A DNA stretch of 32,000 nucleotides from Candidatus Methanophagaceae archaeon. Lineage in GTDB: Archaea > Halobacteriota > Syntropharchaeia > Alkanophagales > Methanospirareceae. Location: positions 1,000,444-1,032,443 of the forward strand of contig PQXB01000001.1 of the NCBI GenBank assembly GCA_003194425.1. The letters run 5' to 3'. Numbering within the stretch: the stretch's first letter is position 1; each line of letters opens with the position of its first letter. Under the pieces are notes generated by a model, which saw nothing but the letters and a program-made list of their open reading frames with translations, made no database searches and had not been told where the DNA came from. Of the stretch, positions 8,200-16,179 are shown piece after piece. The position numbers and the translations under genes are program-made.

Positions 8200-9642
8200 A
8201 TGCAAAAAGGTTACATTTTGTCGTTAGAATCGGACGCGTGGCTCTTTCACGCCGACCTGCTCGTAGACAAGGCGCACGTGGTGATGTTAGAGGAGCGAGG
8301 GATAATCAGCAGCGAGGACGCGGCGGCGATTCTGAACGGCTTGACAAAAATAGCGGCGCGGGGGAGGGAGTTTGTTGAACGCGAACTGCCTGCTTACGAG
8401 GACGTGCACACTGCAGTAGAATCGGTTTTGATAAGGGAAATCGGTGAGGAGGTGGGCGGAAGAATGCACACCGGGCGGTCGAGGAACGACGAGGTTGCGA
8501 CTTGCATTCGAATCGCGGTTCGGGACGAGTTGTTGGGACTCGCAGAGGAGGTTAACAAGTTGAGAAGGGCGTTACTAAAGAGGGCGGGGGAGAATGTTGA
8601 GACCGTGCTGCCGGGCTACACGCACCTTCAGCACGCACAACCGACCACTCTCGCACACCACCTCCTTGCACACGCGGACGCGTTTGCTCGTGATTTCGCA
8701 CGGCTTGAGGATGCGTACGGGCGAGTGAATGCGTGCCCGTTGGGTGCGGCGGCGTTTGCTTCTACTGGGTTTCCGATTGACCGCGAGCGGACGGCGGAAC
8801 TGCTTGGGTTTGACGCGGTGCTTGAGAATTCGATGGACGCGGTCTCAACGCGGGATTTCGTCGTCGAGACGGTCTCGTGCTACGCCAACTTGGGGACGAA
8901 CTTGAGCAGGCTTGCGGAGGAGGTAATTTTGTGGAGCAGTGCGGAGTTCGGGTTCGTTCGTCTTCCCGCGGACTACGCGACAGGGAGTTCAATAATGCCA
9001 CAGAAACGAAACCCCGACTACGCCGAACTCGTGCGGGCGAGGGCAGGCACGGTCTTCGGGTGCTTGGTCGCGGTTCTCTCGATTTGCAAGGCTCTGCCCT
9101 ACGCTTACAACCGCGACTTGCAGGAGGTTACACCGCACTTGTTGAGAGCCGCTAAAACGACCGCAGCGTCGGTGGCAGTGGTGCGGGGGGTTGTGGCGGG
9201 GCAGGAATTCAGGGAGGAGAAAATGCGGAGACAGGCGGAGGTTGACTTCACTACCGCGACCGAGCTGGCTGACACTCTTGTCCGCGAGACTGGGGTGCCT
9301 TTTAGAACCGCACACAAAATCGTGGCTTCGCTGGCTTCTGCAGAGCGGGGAAGACCAAGTCTTCGTAAAATCGACGAGTTCGCTACCTGCGTCGCAGGGA
9401 AGAGGCTTAGCGAGCTTGGGTTGACCGAGGAGAAAGTGAAAGAGGCGTTGGAGATTGCGTCAAACATTGAGAAGCGGGAGGTGAAAGGCGGTCCGGCGAA
9501 GAAGGAGGTTCTGAGAATGCTGCAAGCGAGAAGGTCGGATTTGGAGGTGGACGAGCGGTCGCGAGTGGCGAAGGAGGTGAAGGTAAAAAGGCGGTTGGAG
9601 GAGTTAGAGAGAGAGGTTGAGAAGAAGAGAATCATGCCGTGA
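8200..9642 (+). CDS. argH: argininosuccinate lyase
   Basis: Fumarate-lyase signature GSSIMPQKRNPDYAEL, plus GRMHTGRSRNDEVAT and YTHLQHAQPTT. The N-terminus is short (in-frame stop at 8194..8196) and there is a charged C-terminal coiled-coil tail. Confidence 0.9.
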   Translation: MQKGYILSLESDAWLFHADLLVDKAHVVMLEERGIISSEDAAAILNGLTKIAARGREFVERELPAYEDVHTAVESVLIREIGEEVGGRMHTGRSRNDEVATCIRIAVRDELLGLAEEVNKLRRALLKRAGENVETVLPGYTHLQHAQPTTLAHHLLAHADAFARDFARLEDAYGRVNACPLGAAAFASTGFPIDRERTAELLGFDAVLENSMDAVSTRDFVVETVSCYANLGTNLSRLAEEVILWSSAEFGFVRLPADYATGSSIMPQKRNPDYAELVRARAGTVFGCLVAVLSICKALPYAYNRDLQEVTPHLLRAAKTTAASVAVVRGVVAGQEFREEKMRRQAEVDFTTATELADTLVRETGVPFRTAHKIVASLASAERGRPSLRKIDEFATCVAGKRLSELGLTEEKVKEALEIASNIEKREVKGGPAKKEVLRMLQARRSDLEVDERSRVAKEVKVKRRLEELEREVEKKRIMP

Positions 9643-9698
9643 GATTGAGGATAATTTTAAGAAGCAGGAGGTCTTCGGAAACTCGGGCGGCTGCAAAC

Positions 9699-10739
9699 CT
9701 ATTTAGGTGAACTCCTCGCAGCAAGCCCCGCAACTAATTCCAACTTCTCCTTTGCCTCCGAATCTGCGAGCCCTGCAACGCTCTTCCTCGCAGCAGTCAA
9801 GAAGTCGTGAGAGAGCCGGATTGCGTAGTCAACCGAGCCGGTGTTTAAGAAAATCTCTCTGACCCTCTCAATCTCTAACTCTGCCTCAGAGTCGGAGAGA
9901 AAGTTAGAACCGCTCGAAAAAATCTCTCGCAAATAGGCTTTTTCAGAGGGCTTTGAGTGGTTCAGTGCGTGAACGAGAAGGAGGGTTCGTTCGCGGTTTT
10001 TGATGTCCAACCCGCTCGGCTTTCCGGTCTTCGCAGGGTCGCCGCAGAGGTCTAAAAGGTCGTCTTGAATCTGAAATGCAACGCCCAAATTTCTGCCGTA
10101 GTCGCGGAGACTCTCGACTTCTGCCTCGCTCCCGCCGCCGAGAATTGCTCCCGCGGTCGTGCTTGCGACGAAAGTAGAGGCGGTCTTCAACCCCGCCACC
10201 TCGAGGTAGGTCTGCTCTGTAACTTCTTCGGGGTTCTTCAACCGCAGCGAGAACTCCAAGTACTGCCCCCTCGCCACATCGGAAATTGCAGACCCGACCA
10301 AGCCAACGACCGCCGGCACTCCGCACCTCGCCAGCATTTCGCACGAGAGCCCGAGCAGGAAATCGCCGATTACAATCGCCTGCTTCTCGCCGTATTTAGC
10401 GGGGCTCGAGGGGTTCTTCCTGCGTACGCTGTTCTCGTCAATTATGTCGTCGTGAACCAGAGAAGCGTTGTGCAGGAGCTCAATCGCTACGGCAGTCGTC
10501 AACGCCTTCTCTCGTTTCTCTCGTGAGCCAGCACCTCCAGCGCCGCGGACGCCAACAGCCTCCGCCGAAAGAAGGCAGAGAACAGGGCGAAGTCTCTTAC
10601 CGCCCACCTCTCGCAGATAATTCAGCACCTCGTGTAAAATCTTGTTTGTGCGTCCCTCGTGCATTTCTGCTCCAAGAATCTCGGAGAGCCTGCGGTTGAA
10701 GTAGCCCACCTCCTCTTGAAACTGCTGCTCTTCTTTCAT
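9699..10739 (-). CDS. idsA: trans-polyprenyl diphosphate synthase (probably geranylgeranyl diphosphate synthase)
   Basis: First Asp-rich motif LVHDDIIDENSVRR and second motif FQIQDDLLDL. Product chain length cannot be determined by eye. Confidence 0.85.
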   Translation of the reverse strand: MKEEQQFQEEVGYFNRRLSEILGAEMHEGRTNKILHEVLNYLREVGGKRLRPVLCLLSAEAVGVRGAGGAGSREKREKALTTAVAIELLHNASLVHDDIIDENSVRRKNPSSPAKYGEKQAIVIGDFLLGLSCEMLARCGVPAVVGLVGSAISDVARGQYLEFSLRLKNPEEVTEQTYLEVAGLKTASTFVASTTAGAILGGGSEAEVESLRDYGRNLGVAFQIQDDLLDLCGDPAKTGKPSGLDIKNRERTLLLVHALNHSKPSEKAYLREIFSSGSNFLSDSEAELEIERVREIFLNTGSVDYAIRLSHDFLTAARKSVAGLADSEAKEKLELVAGLAARSSPK

Positions 10740-10769
10740 CCGATTCTACAATTTATAATTCAAAGCGTC

Positions 10770-11393
10770 TTATAAAAAGAGACGCTTTACCGCCTTTCCT
10801 CTCCGCTTTGGGACTACCTCCAGCTCCGCACCCTCAAATTTCGCCCTCAACTCCCTGCCCTCCTGCAAGTAGTCGAGAAACAATGCTAGGGCTGCCACCT
10901 CCGAGTGCGGCTGGTTTGAGACTGCGACGTTCCAGTCCGCTGCTTCGAAGACCTCGTACGGCACTTTCTCTGCACCCACTACGACCAGCACTCGAGCCTC
11001 TTCCTGCACACTCTCCCGCCCCTCCTCTCGCACCCCCTCTTGCACCTCCTCTTGCACCTCCTCTCGCACTCCTTCTCGCACCCCTTCTCGCACCCCTTCT
11101 CGTACCTCGCAAATCACATCAGGAAGGTTCTCGCCGTACATCGTGAGGTGGCAGACTTTTCCGCCCTTCTGCTTCCACGCCCTCAGCTCTGCACGCCACT
11201 TCACACCGCTCTGCACAAAGAAGTCGCCGCCCCAGCGCTTAGTTACTTCTCGGACACTTCTCTCTACGCCCTTGTCGTTAGCAGCGAGCAGCATTCCCCT
11301 CGCACCCAACGCACGCCCGACTAATCCAAGATGCGTTGTTGTTCGCTTGTCCCTCTCTGGGCGGTGCCCTAACCTCAAAATCACTATTTCCAT
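10770..11393 (-). CDS. trm56: tRNA (cytidine56-2'-O)-methyltransferase aTrm56 (SPOUT family) carrying a 7 x 12-bp in-frame repeat insertion
   Basis: MEIVILRLGHRPERDKRTTTHLGLVGRALGA, HLTMYGENL, VVVGAEKVPYEVFEAADWNVAVSNQPHSEVAALALFLD match the aTrm56/COG1303 pattern as I remember it. Confidence 0.85.
   Translation of the reverse strand: MEIVILRLGHRPERDKRTTTHLGLVGRALGARGMLLAANDKGVERSVREVTKRWGGDFFVQSGVKWRAELRAWKQKGGKVCHLTMYGENLPDVICEVREGVREGVREGVREEVQEEVQEGVREEGRESVQEEARVLVVVGAEKVPYEVFEAADWNVAVSNQPHSEVAALALFLDYLQEGRELRAKFEGAELEVVPKRRGKAVKRLFL
11027..11110 (-). repeat. 12-bp x7 in-frame tandem repeat inside trm56, encodes (R/Q)E(G/E)V x7
   Basis: Plus-strand units TCT(C/T)G(C/T)AC(C/T)(C/T)C(C/T/G) at 11027, 11039, 11051, 11063, 11075, 11087 and 11099. 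Two adjacent pairs are identical. Confidence 0.9.
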
Positions 11394-11406
11394 TCACTAT
11401 TTCCAT
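11381..11406 (-). repeat. 13-bp perfect tandem duplication ATGGAAATAGTGA x2 that includes the trm56 start codon
   Basis: Plus strand TCACTATTTCCAT at 11381..11393 and again at 11394..11406. Confidence 0.95.
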
Positions 11407-11425
11407 CCTCACTGAACCATTTACA

Positions 11426-11436
11426 TTTATAAAAAA
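11426..11436. promoter_or_regulatory. TATA-like element TTTATAAAAAA in the divergent trm56 / APS-kinase-like intergenic region
   Basis: It lies ~40 nt upstream of ATG 11471 (+ strand). On the minus strand it lies ~25 nt upstream of the duplicated ATG at 11406. Confidence 0.4.
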
Positions 11437-11470
11437 TGCTAAAATAAACGAAGCAAAAAACGAGGGAAAA

Positions 11471-12073
11471 ATGAGTTGGGCTGTTTGGGTAACAGGCTTG
11501 CCGGGCAGCGGCAAGACCGCAATTGCAAAGCGGGTTAGAGGTGTCCTGAAAGACCTGAAAGAGCGGGGCGTGGCTGACGCGGAGTTGCCGAAGGTGCTTG
11601 AGCTCGACGAGGTGCGGAAATTCGTTACGCCAAAACCCTCTTATTCGGAGGCGGAGCGGGAGGTTGTGTACGCGTCGCTGGTTTTTATGGCGAGGCTTCT
11701 GGTGGAGGAGTGCGGGAGGTCGGTTTTAATCGACGCCACTGCAAACCGACGGCGGTACCGGGAGAGAGCCCGCGAGAGCATTCCGAATTTCGCAGAGGTC
11801 TTCGTGCAGTGCCCTTTAGAGAAGTGCGTTGAACGAGAGCGGAGAAGAAAGGCAAAGCACTCTCCCGCGGGCATCTACGCGAAGGGGCGAGAAAAGGGGG
11901 CGACGGTGCCGGGCGTGAATGTGCCGTACGAGGAGCCGCTGAACCCCGAGGTCGTGGTGAACAGCGGTGAGTTGAGCGTGCAGGAGTGCGCGGATTATGT
12001 AGTAGAATTTATCCTAAAAAATTTTAGTCAAGTTTATAACAACACAATAAATATTTATAAACACAGGAGTTAA
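11471..12073 (+). CDS. adenylylsulfate (APS) kinase-family P-loop kinase
   Basis: VTGLPGSGKTAIAKRV (P-loop), LELDEVRKF, FAEVFVQCPLEKCVERE, VPGVNVPYEEPLNPEVVV follow the CysC-family layout. Start set at ATG 11471 (MSWAVWV) with GAGGG 5-9 nt upstream. The track start 11336 lies inside the trm56 gene. Confidence 0.7.
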   Translation: MSWAVWVTGLPGSGKTAIAKRVRGVLKDLKERGVADAELPKVLELDEVRKFVTPKPSYSEAEREVVYASLVFMARLLVEECGRSVLIDATANRRRYRERARESIPNFAEVFVQCPLEKCVERERRRKAKHSPAGIYAKGREKGATVPGVNVPYEEPLNPEVVVNSGELSVQECADYVVEFILKNFSQVYNNTINIYKHRS

Positions 12074-12081
12074 AAGATAAA

Positions 12082-12107
12082 AGAGCCGTATAAAAGAGTC
12101 GTATAAA
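12082..12107 (+). repeat. 13-bp imperfect tandem duplication AGAG(C/T)CGTATAAA x2 directly upstream of ATG 12110
   Basis: Copies at 12082..12094 and 12095..12107 with one mismatch. Each contains a TATA-like GTATAAA. Confidence 0.85.
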
Positions 12108-12109
12108 AA

Positions 12110-13447
12110 ATGGAAAAAAGAGGGAGAAGAGGAATTGGGAAAGTAGCCGTCTTTGCGTGCTTGTTTTTATTTTTTTTATTTTTATGCACGCCCGCGGCTT
12201 TAGCGAACTACAACTTCGACGGAGTTCCAGTGGAGACAGCGACGAGTGGCACCGTTAACGGCGGTGTCTTTATTGACTACGAACCGTGGGCAGGGACGAC
12301 AACGCTGACCGGTGATTTTGAAGTGCCGAGAGGGGAAGTGAAGTGGGCTCGGTTGTACACGGGCATTTGGGGCGGAACCGAAAAGTACGAAGGTTGGGTA
12401 AATGTGACCTTCAACGGGGTTTGCGACGGCGACGCTGGGCTTGGTCCGATTCACTTGCAAGGGGAAAATGACGCAAACCCAAATGTGTGGTGCAGCACGC
12501 ACGGGAAATATTGGATTTGGTACAATGTGACTGACTTGGTGAACGCAGGGGCAGTGAACACCGCGAGCACGACAAAAATTAACGCAACCGTTGGCGGGTT
12601 CGACGGCAGGGTCTACGGGCTCGTGCTGGTCGTGGTCTACGAGGGCGGCGACAACCCCAAAGAGATTCAGTACTGGGTAAACGACGGCTGCGACGCCTTA
12701 CACTCTTTTGCGTGGCCGCACCCTGCTCACGACACAGGGACAACGGATTTCGACGGTTCTGTGAACGCGGAGAAGGTGAGTAGTGCAAATCTCACAGTGG
12801 TGTTCCTAACCGCTTACGAGCCGGTTTGTGACCGCTGTCTGAAGTTCAACGGGCACGAGTTGGACACGACCGAAGTGGACAGCAACAACTTTGAGTTGAA
12901 GTCCTGGAGTGTAACAGGTTACGTGGCAGCAGCGGGGAACAACGCCTGGTACAGTCGGGGCGAGGACTCGTACGTTAATGTGGCGAACGCGGTCTTGGTC
13001 TTAGAGAACGAGGAGGAAGAAGAAGAAGAACCAACGGTCCGGGTTTCAACGGACAAACCCGAGTACAGCCCCGGCGATGTGATGAATGTCAGCCTGGAGA
13101 TTTGCAATCCGACCGAGGAGGTGGAGACATTCGAGTGGTATTTCGGCGTCCCGCAGTTGGGGATTTGGGCAACTCTAACCAGCACACAGCTACCCGCCGA
13201 GTTTGACGAGACTTTTACAGTTCCGATTTCAGTAGGTGAGTGGGGTGCAACGCCGTTCGGAATCGTGCAGTACGTGCAACTGCTGGACCCGGAGAGCGGC
13301 GAAATCTTGGACCAGGATGTCTGTCTTGCAAAATACAACCCAACTGCTGCTGCCTACGAGGAGGAAAAAGCGACGACGACACAGGACAGGAGACAGGAAA
13401 TAGGAGAAGAAATAAAGAGAGAAGTGGGGAAAGTAGAGTTGCGTTAG
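12110..13447 (+). CDS. secreted DUF3344-like protein (signal peptide, no obvious anchor)
   Basis: Signal peptide MEKRGRRGIGKVAVFACLFLFFLFLCTPAALA. Motifs KWARLYTGIWGG, VYGLVLVVVYEGGDNPKEIQYWVNDGCDAL are shared with the next gene. The DUF3344 (PF11824) assignment is from memory of that family. Poly-Glu hinge ENEEEEEEEP, then a second beta-rich domain. Confidence 0.65.
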   Translation: MEKRGRRGIGKVAVFACLFLFFLFLCTPAALANYNFDGVPVETATSGTVNGGVFIDYEPWAGTTTLTGDFEVPRGEVKWARLYTGIWGGTEKYEGWVNVTFNGVCDGDAGLGPIHLQGENDANPNVWCSTHGKYWIWYNVTDLVNAGAVNTASTTKINATVGGFDGRVYGLVLVVVYEGGDNPKEIQYWVNDGCDALHSFAWPHPAHDTGTTDFDGSVNAEKVSSANLTVVFLTAYEPVCDRCLKFNGHELDTTEVDSNNFELKSWSVTGYVAAAGNNAWYSRGEDSYVNVANAVLVLENEEEEEEEPTVRVSTDKPEYSPGDVMNVSLEICNPTEEVETFEWYFGVPQLGIWATLTSTQLPAEFDETFTVPISVGEWGATPFGIVQYVQLLDPESGEILDQDVCLAKYNPTAAAYEEEKATTTQDRRQEIGEEIKREVGKVELR

Positions 13448-13471
13448 TTCGCGACTCAAAACCCCTTTTTT

Positions 13472-15547
13472 ATGAGACAAGATAAAATGGAAATAAAAAA
13501 AATGCGGACGGTAGTGTTCTTTGGGTGCTTGCTTCTGCTCTTCTGTTTGAGCACGCTTGCACCTGCTTTAGCGGAAGAGGTCAGGCAGCCAGACCTTGCG
13601 ATTACCGCTGTTACACCCTTCCATTTCTGGTCGGAAAAATATGATCTGCCCGCAGGAGACCCTTGGTTCAATCTTACGAATTATGTAAAAGTTACCGTGG
13701 CGAATAACGGGGAAAATAAAACTAACAGAAGCTTTGTAGTGACCTTGTGCGCAAATGACGACGAAATAGGAAGCGAAAGAGTGGAAGAACTGTTAAACCC
13801 AGAAGAGAGCACAGATGTGAGATTCGAGTGGGTGCCAAAAGGAGAAGAAGAAGACCCTTTGAGCTGGACTGACACTGCTGAAGGGGCCATTTGCACCTAC
13901 ACAGACACCAGTGTTGAGTACACGCTAAAGGCGAAGGTGGTCGCTGATGAAGACGGAGAAGTGCTGGCGGAAAATGAAACGAAGCAAAAAGTCGTTTGGA
14001 ACGGCTACAGTGCTGACGAGCCGTTGGAGAATTTAGTGCACGGCGAGGTAGAAGGCGGCATAATTTACAGCACTGGAGACGGTGAATACAGGAGTTACGA
14101 GGACGGAGACAGTGGCACTGACGACACCTACTACGACATTAATTACGATTTAGAGATTCCTGGAACTGGGACAGGGAGCACGAAGCTGGCAAGATTGTAC
14201 ATTTACTACACTTGGGCAAAGCCCTCGTACAAAGCACCGAAAATGAGCGTTAGACTGGAGACGCCTTCAGGCAACAGCTATGATCTGAAGATGGAAAGGA
14301 GCTACAACGACATAAAAGGAGATTTGGGAGGGGATAGATACGCATGGGGCACTTACGCGTACGATATTAAAGAGTATGTGAAAGAAAGCGGGAAATACAG
14401 AGTGAGTGTGAAAAACCTGAACTACGAAGGCAGTGATTCGGAGTTTGCAGACAAGTATTCTTTTGCACCGCCAGCTATTCTTGTCGTTTATGAGGACACA
14501 GCAGCGCCGAAACGAGAATATTGGATAAACGAAGGTGCTGACTTACTAATGAGTAAGGGTGGTGATGAGGAGAGTCCCAGACCCTGCGGTTTCCTTTCTT
14601 TAGAAGAATGCAAAAACACCGCAACATTTTTGGGAGACGTAGATTTGAGCGAGGTAAAAGAAGCGGTGCTTGGCGTTGTCTCTGCCTGGGGTGGTAACCC
14701 AGTAGACGTCTGGCACAGCTATTTGTACTTCAATGACGAGGAGTTAGGAATGGATGTGTACGACGGTTACAGTGGTTCGTGTAGCAAGGAAATGGGTGGC
14801 GTTTTAATGCATGTAGGCTCCGATTACGCTCAACTTGGGATAGAGCTGACTGATGTAAAAGACGACCTTGAAAGTGAAAATAACGAAGTAATTCAAGGCG
14901 ACGACGGGGACAACATGATGCCCACGAATGCATTCTTGCTAATAACTTGTGAAAACGGCGACGACAACGAACCCACACAAAACCCCCCAAACATAACCGC
15001 CTGGAACCCCATTGAGTCCGTTGTGAACAGCACAGAGGACGAACTACGAACCTTCGACATCTCTGTAAACCAAACCGTAGAAATTAGCTGGCAATTAAAC
15101 GGCACACAGGTGCAGACAAACGAGAGCGTAACAGAAGCAGAAGTAGCCACCTACACGAACACGAGTGCAGTTGCAGGGATTTGGAATGTCTCGGCAGTCG
15201 CAACAAACACCGAGACTGGCTTGTCGGCTCGGCACACTTGGCTCTGGAATGTGACGCCTGTGCTTAATGCGACGCCTACTCCTACTCCAAACCCCTCTCC
15301 TACACCCACAGCAAATTTAACTCCAACATCAACACCCTCCTCCGCTACTCCCACACCGCTGACCCCAAGTTTAACACCACCAACTCCAACGCCAACCTCC
15401 GTGCCCAAGGTCACACCTACACCTGCTCTAACTCCAACCCCTACTACAACGCCTGTTCCTGGATTTGAACTTCCGATCACGTTGTGCGGAGTGTTGCTTG
15501 CAGCGGCAGTGGTGCGTGTGCGTCAAGTAAGGAAGAAGAAAAAATGA
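13472..15547 (+). CDS. surface protein: CARDB-like domain + DUF3344-like domain + Ig-like domain + Pro/Thr linker + PGF-CTERM anchor
   Basis: Signal peptide. PDLAITAVTP...VKVTVANNGENKTNRSFVVTL...VRFEWVP is CARDB-like. KLARLYIYYTW and PPAILVVYEDTAAPKREYWINEGADLL are paralogous to 12110..13447. Many N-x-S/T sequons. A ~60-aa P/T-rich linker is followed by PGFELPITLCGVLLAAAVV...RKKKK. Confidence 0.7.
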   Translation: MRQDKMEIKKMRTVVFFGCLLLLFCLSTLAPALAEEVRQPDLAITAVTPFHFWSEKYDLPAGDPWFNLTNYVKVTVANNGENKTNRSFVVTLCANDDEIGSERVEELLNPEESTDVRFEWVPKGEEEDPLSWTDTAEGAICTYTDTSVEYTLKAKVVADEDGEVLAENETKQKVVWNGYSADEPLENLVHGEVEGGIIYSTGDGEYRSYEDGDSGTDDTYYDINYDLEIPGTGTGSTKLARLYIYYTWAKPSYKAPKMSVRLETPSGNSYDLKMERSYNDIKGDLGGDRYAWGTYAYDIKEYVKESGKYRVSVKNLNYEGSDSEFADKYSFAPPAILVVYEDTAAPKREYWINEGADLLMSKGGDEESPRPCGFLSLEECKNTATFLGDVDLSEVKEAVLGVVSAWGGNPVDVWHSYLYFNDEELGMDVYDGYSGSCSKEMGGVLMHVGSDYAQLGIELTDVKDDLESENNEVIQGDDGDNMMPTNAFLLITCENGDDNEPTQNPPNITAWNPIESVVNSTEDELRTFDISVNQTVEISWQLNGTQVQTNESVTEAEVATYTNTSAVAGIWNVSAVATNTETGLSARHTWLWNVTPVLNATPTPTPNPSPTPTANLTPTSTPSSATPTPLTPSLTPPTPTPTSVPKVTPTPALTPTPTTTPVPGFELPITLCGVLLAAAVVRVRQVRKKKK
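15458..15544 (+). other. PGF-CTERM archaeosortase sorting signal of the 13472 gene
   Basis: PGF tripeptide, a hydrophobic helix and a basic tail (PGFELPITLCGVLLAAAVVRVRQVRKKKK), directly after a Pro/Thr linker. Confidence 0.7.
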
Positions 15548-16179
15548 AAAGAAGTAGAGGGAAGAAGAGAGAGGGAATGTTGGTGATTTTGGTGATTTTT
15601 GCTGCAGCACTCCTCTGTGCAACCGCCAACGCCGAGACAACCAAGCCCGCAGTCACACGCACTACGGTCACACGCACTACCAACACCACGACTCCTGCTC
15701 CAGGCTCAACATTTGAGGTGACGCTGAACTTAACAGGGACAGGTCTGCAAATCGGCGGAGTCGTAGAAACGATTCCTGACGGCTTTGCGTTCGTCCGCAC
15801 CACGCACCCCGAAAATCAAACCTACACCGCGGGTCAAAAAGTCGTCTTTGGGGTCGTCAACGAGACAGTGATAAAATATGAAGTCCAAGCACCGTCGTCA
15901 GAAGGCGCGGGCGCGACAACTGGAATCTTCAACGGAGAGTGGTACAACGCCTTGACCAAAGCAAAGGGAGAAATCGGAAGCACGAGCGTTTCTGTGCGGG
16001 CTGGTCTTGGTGCTGCGGAAACGCCCACACCAACATCTACGCCTGCACTCTCGCCTCCTGCTTTAGTGCCCGGGTTCGAGGCGGTGTTTGCGGTTACAGG
16101 ATTGTTTACAGTGGCTGCTGTCCGTTTAGTCTTTGTTCAACTAAAGAAGAAGGGAGGTGAGGCGAGAGGGCGTGAGTAA
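15544..16179 (+). CDS. small PGF-CTERM-anchored surface protein
   Basis: Start ATG 15544 overlaps the previous stop (ATGA). Signal peptide MKRSRGKKREGMLVILVIFAAALLCATANA, a single ~130-aa beta-rich domain, a TPTPTSTP linker, and the canonical PGFEAVFAVTGLFTVAAV + KKK tail. Confidence 0.7.
   Translation: MKRSRGKKREGMLVILVIFAAALLCATANAETTKPAVTRTTVTRTTNTTTPAPGSTFEVTLNLTGTGLQIGGVVETIPDGFAFVRTTHPENQTYTAGQKVVFGVVNETVIKYEVQAPSSEGAGATTGIFNGEWYNALTKAKGEIGSTSVSVRAGLGAAETPTPTSTPALSPPALVPGFEAVFAVTGLFTVAAVRLVFVQLKKKGGEARGRE
15652..15681 (+). repeat. 15-bp x2 in-frame tandem duplication (GTCACACGCACTAC G/C), encodes VTRTT x2
   Basis: Copies at 15652..15666 and 15667..15681, just after the predicted signal-peptide cleavage site. 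Confidence 0.9.
16069..16176 (+). other. PGF-CTERM archaeosortase sorting signal of the 15544 gene
   Basis: PGFEAVFAVTGLFTVAAVRLVFVQLKKKGG after a TPTPTSTPALSPP linker. Close to the canonical TIGR04126 pattern as I recall it. Confidence 0.75.

Noticed and set aside
8139-8202. The short N-terminus of ArgH (about 15-20 residues shorter than typical) raised the possibility of a frameshift or pseudogene
   Set aside because: An in-frame TAA lies at 8194..8196, and none of the three upstream frames encodes anything resembling the usual ArgH N-terminus. The rest of the gene is intact with all signature motifs, so I treat it as a genuine short form.
15271-15457. Repetitive ACNCCN-rich DNA (Pro/Thr linker) considered as a DNA-level repeat element
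   Set aside because: It is an irregular codon-level low-complexity region encoding a P/T stalk before PGF-CTERM. It is not a defined tandem unit.
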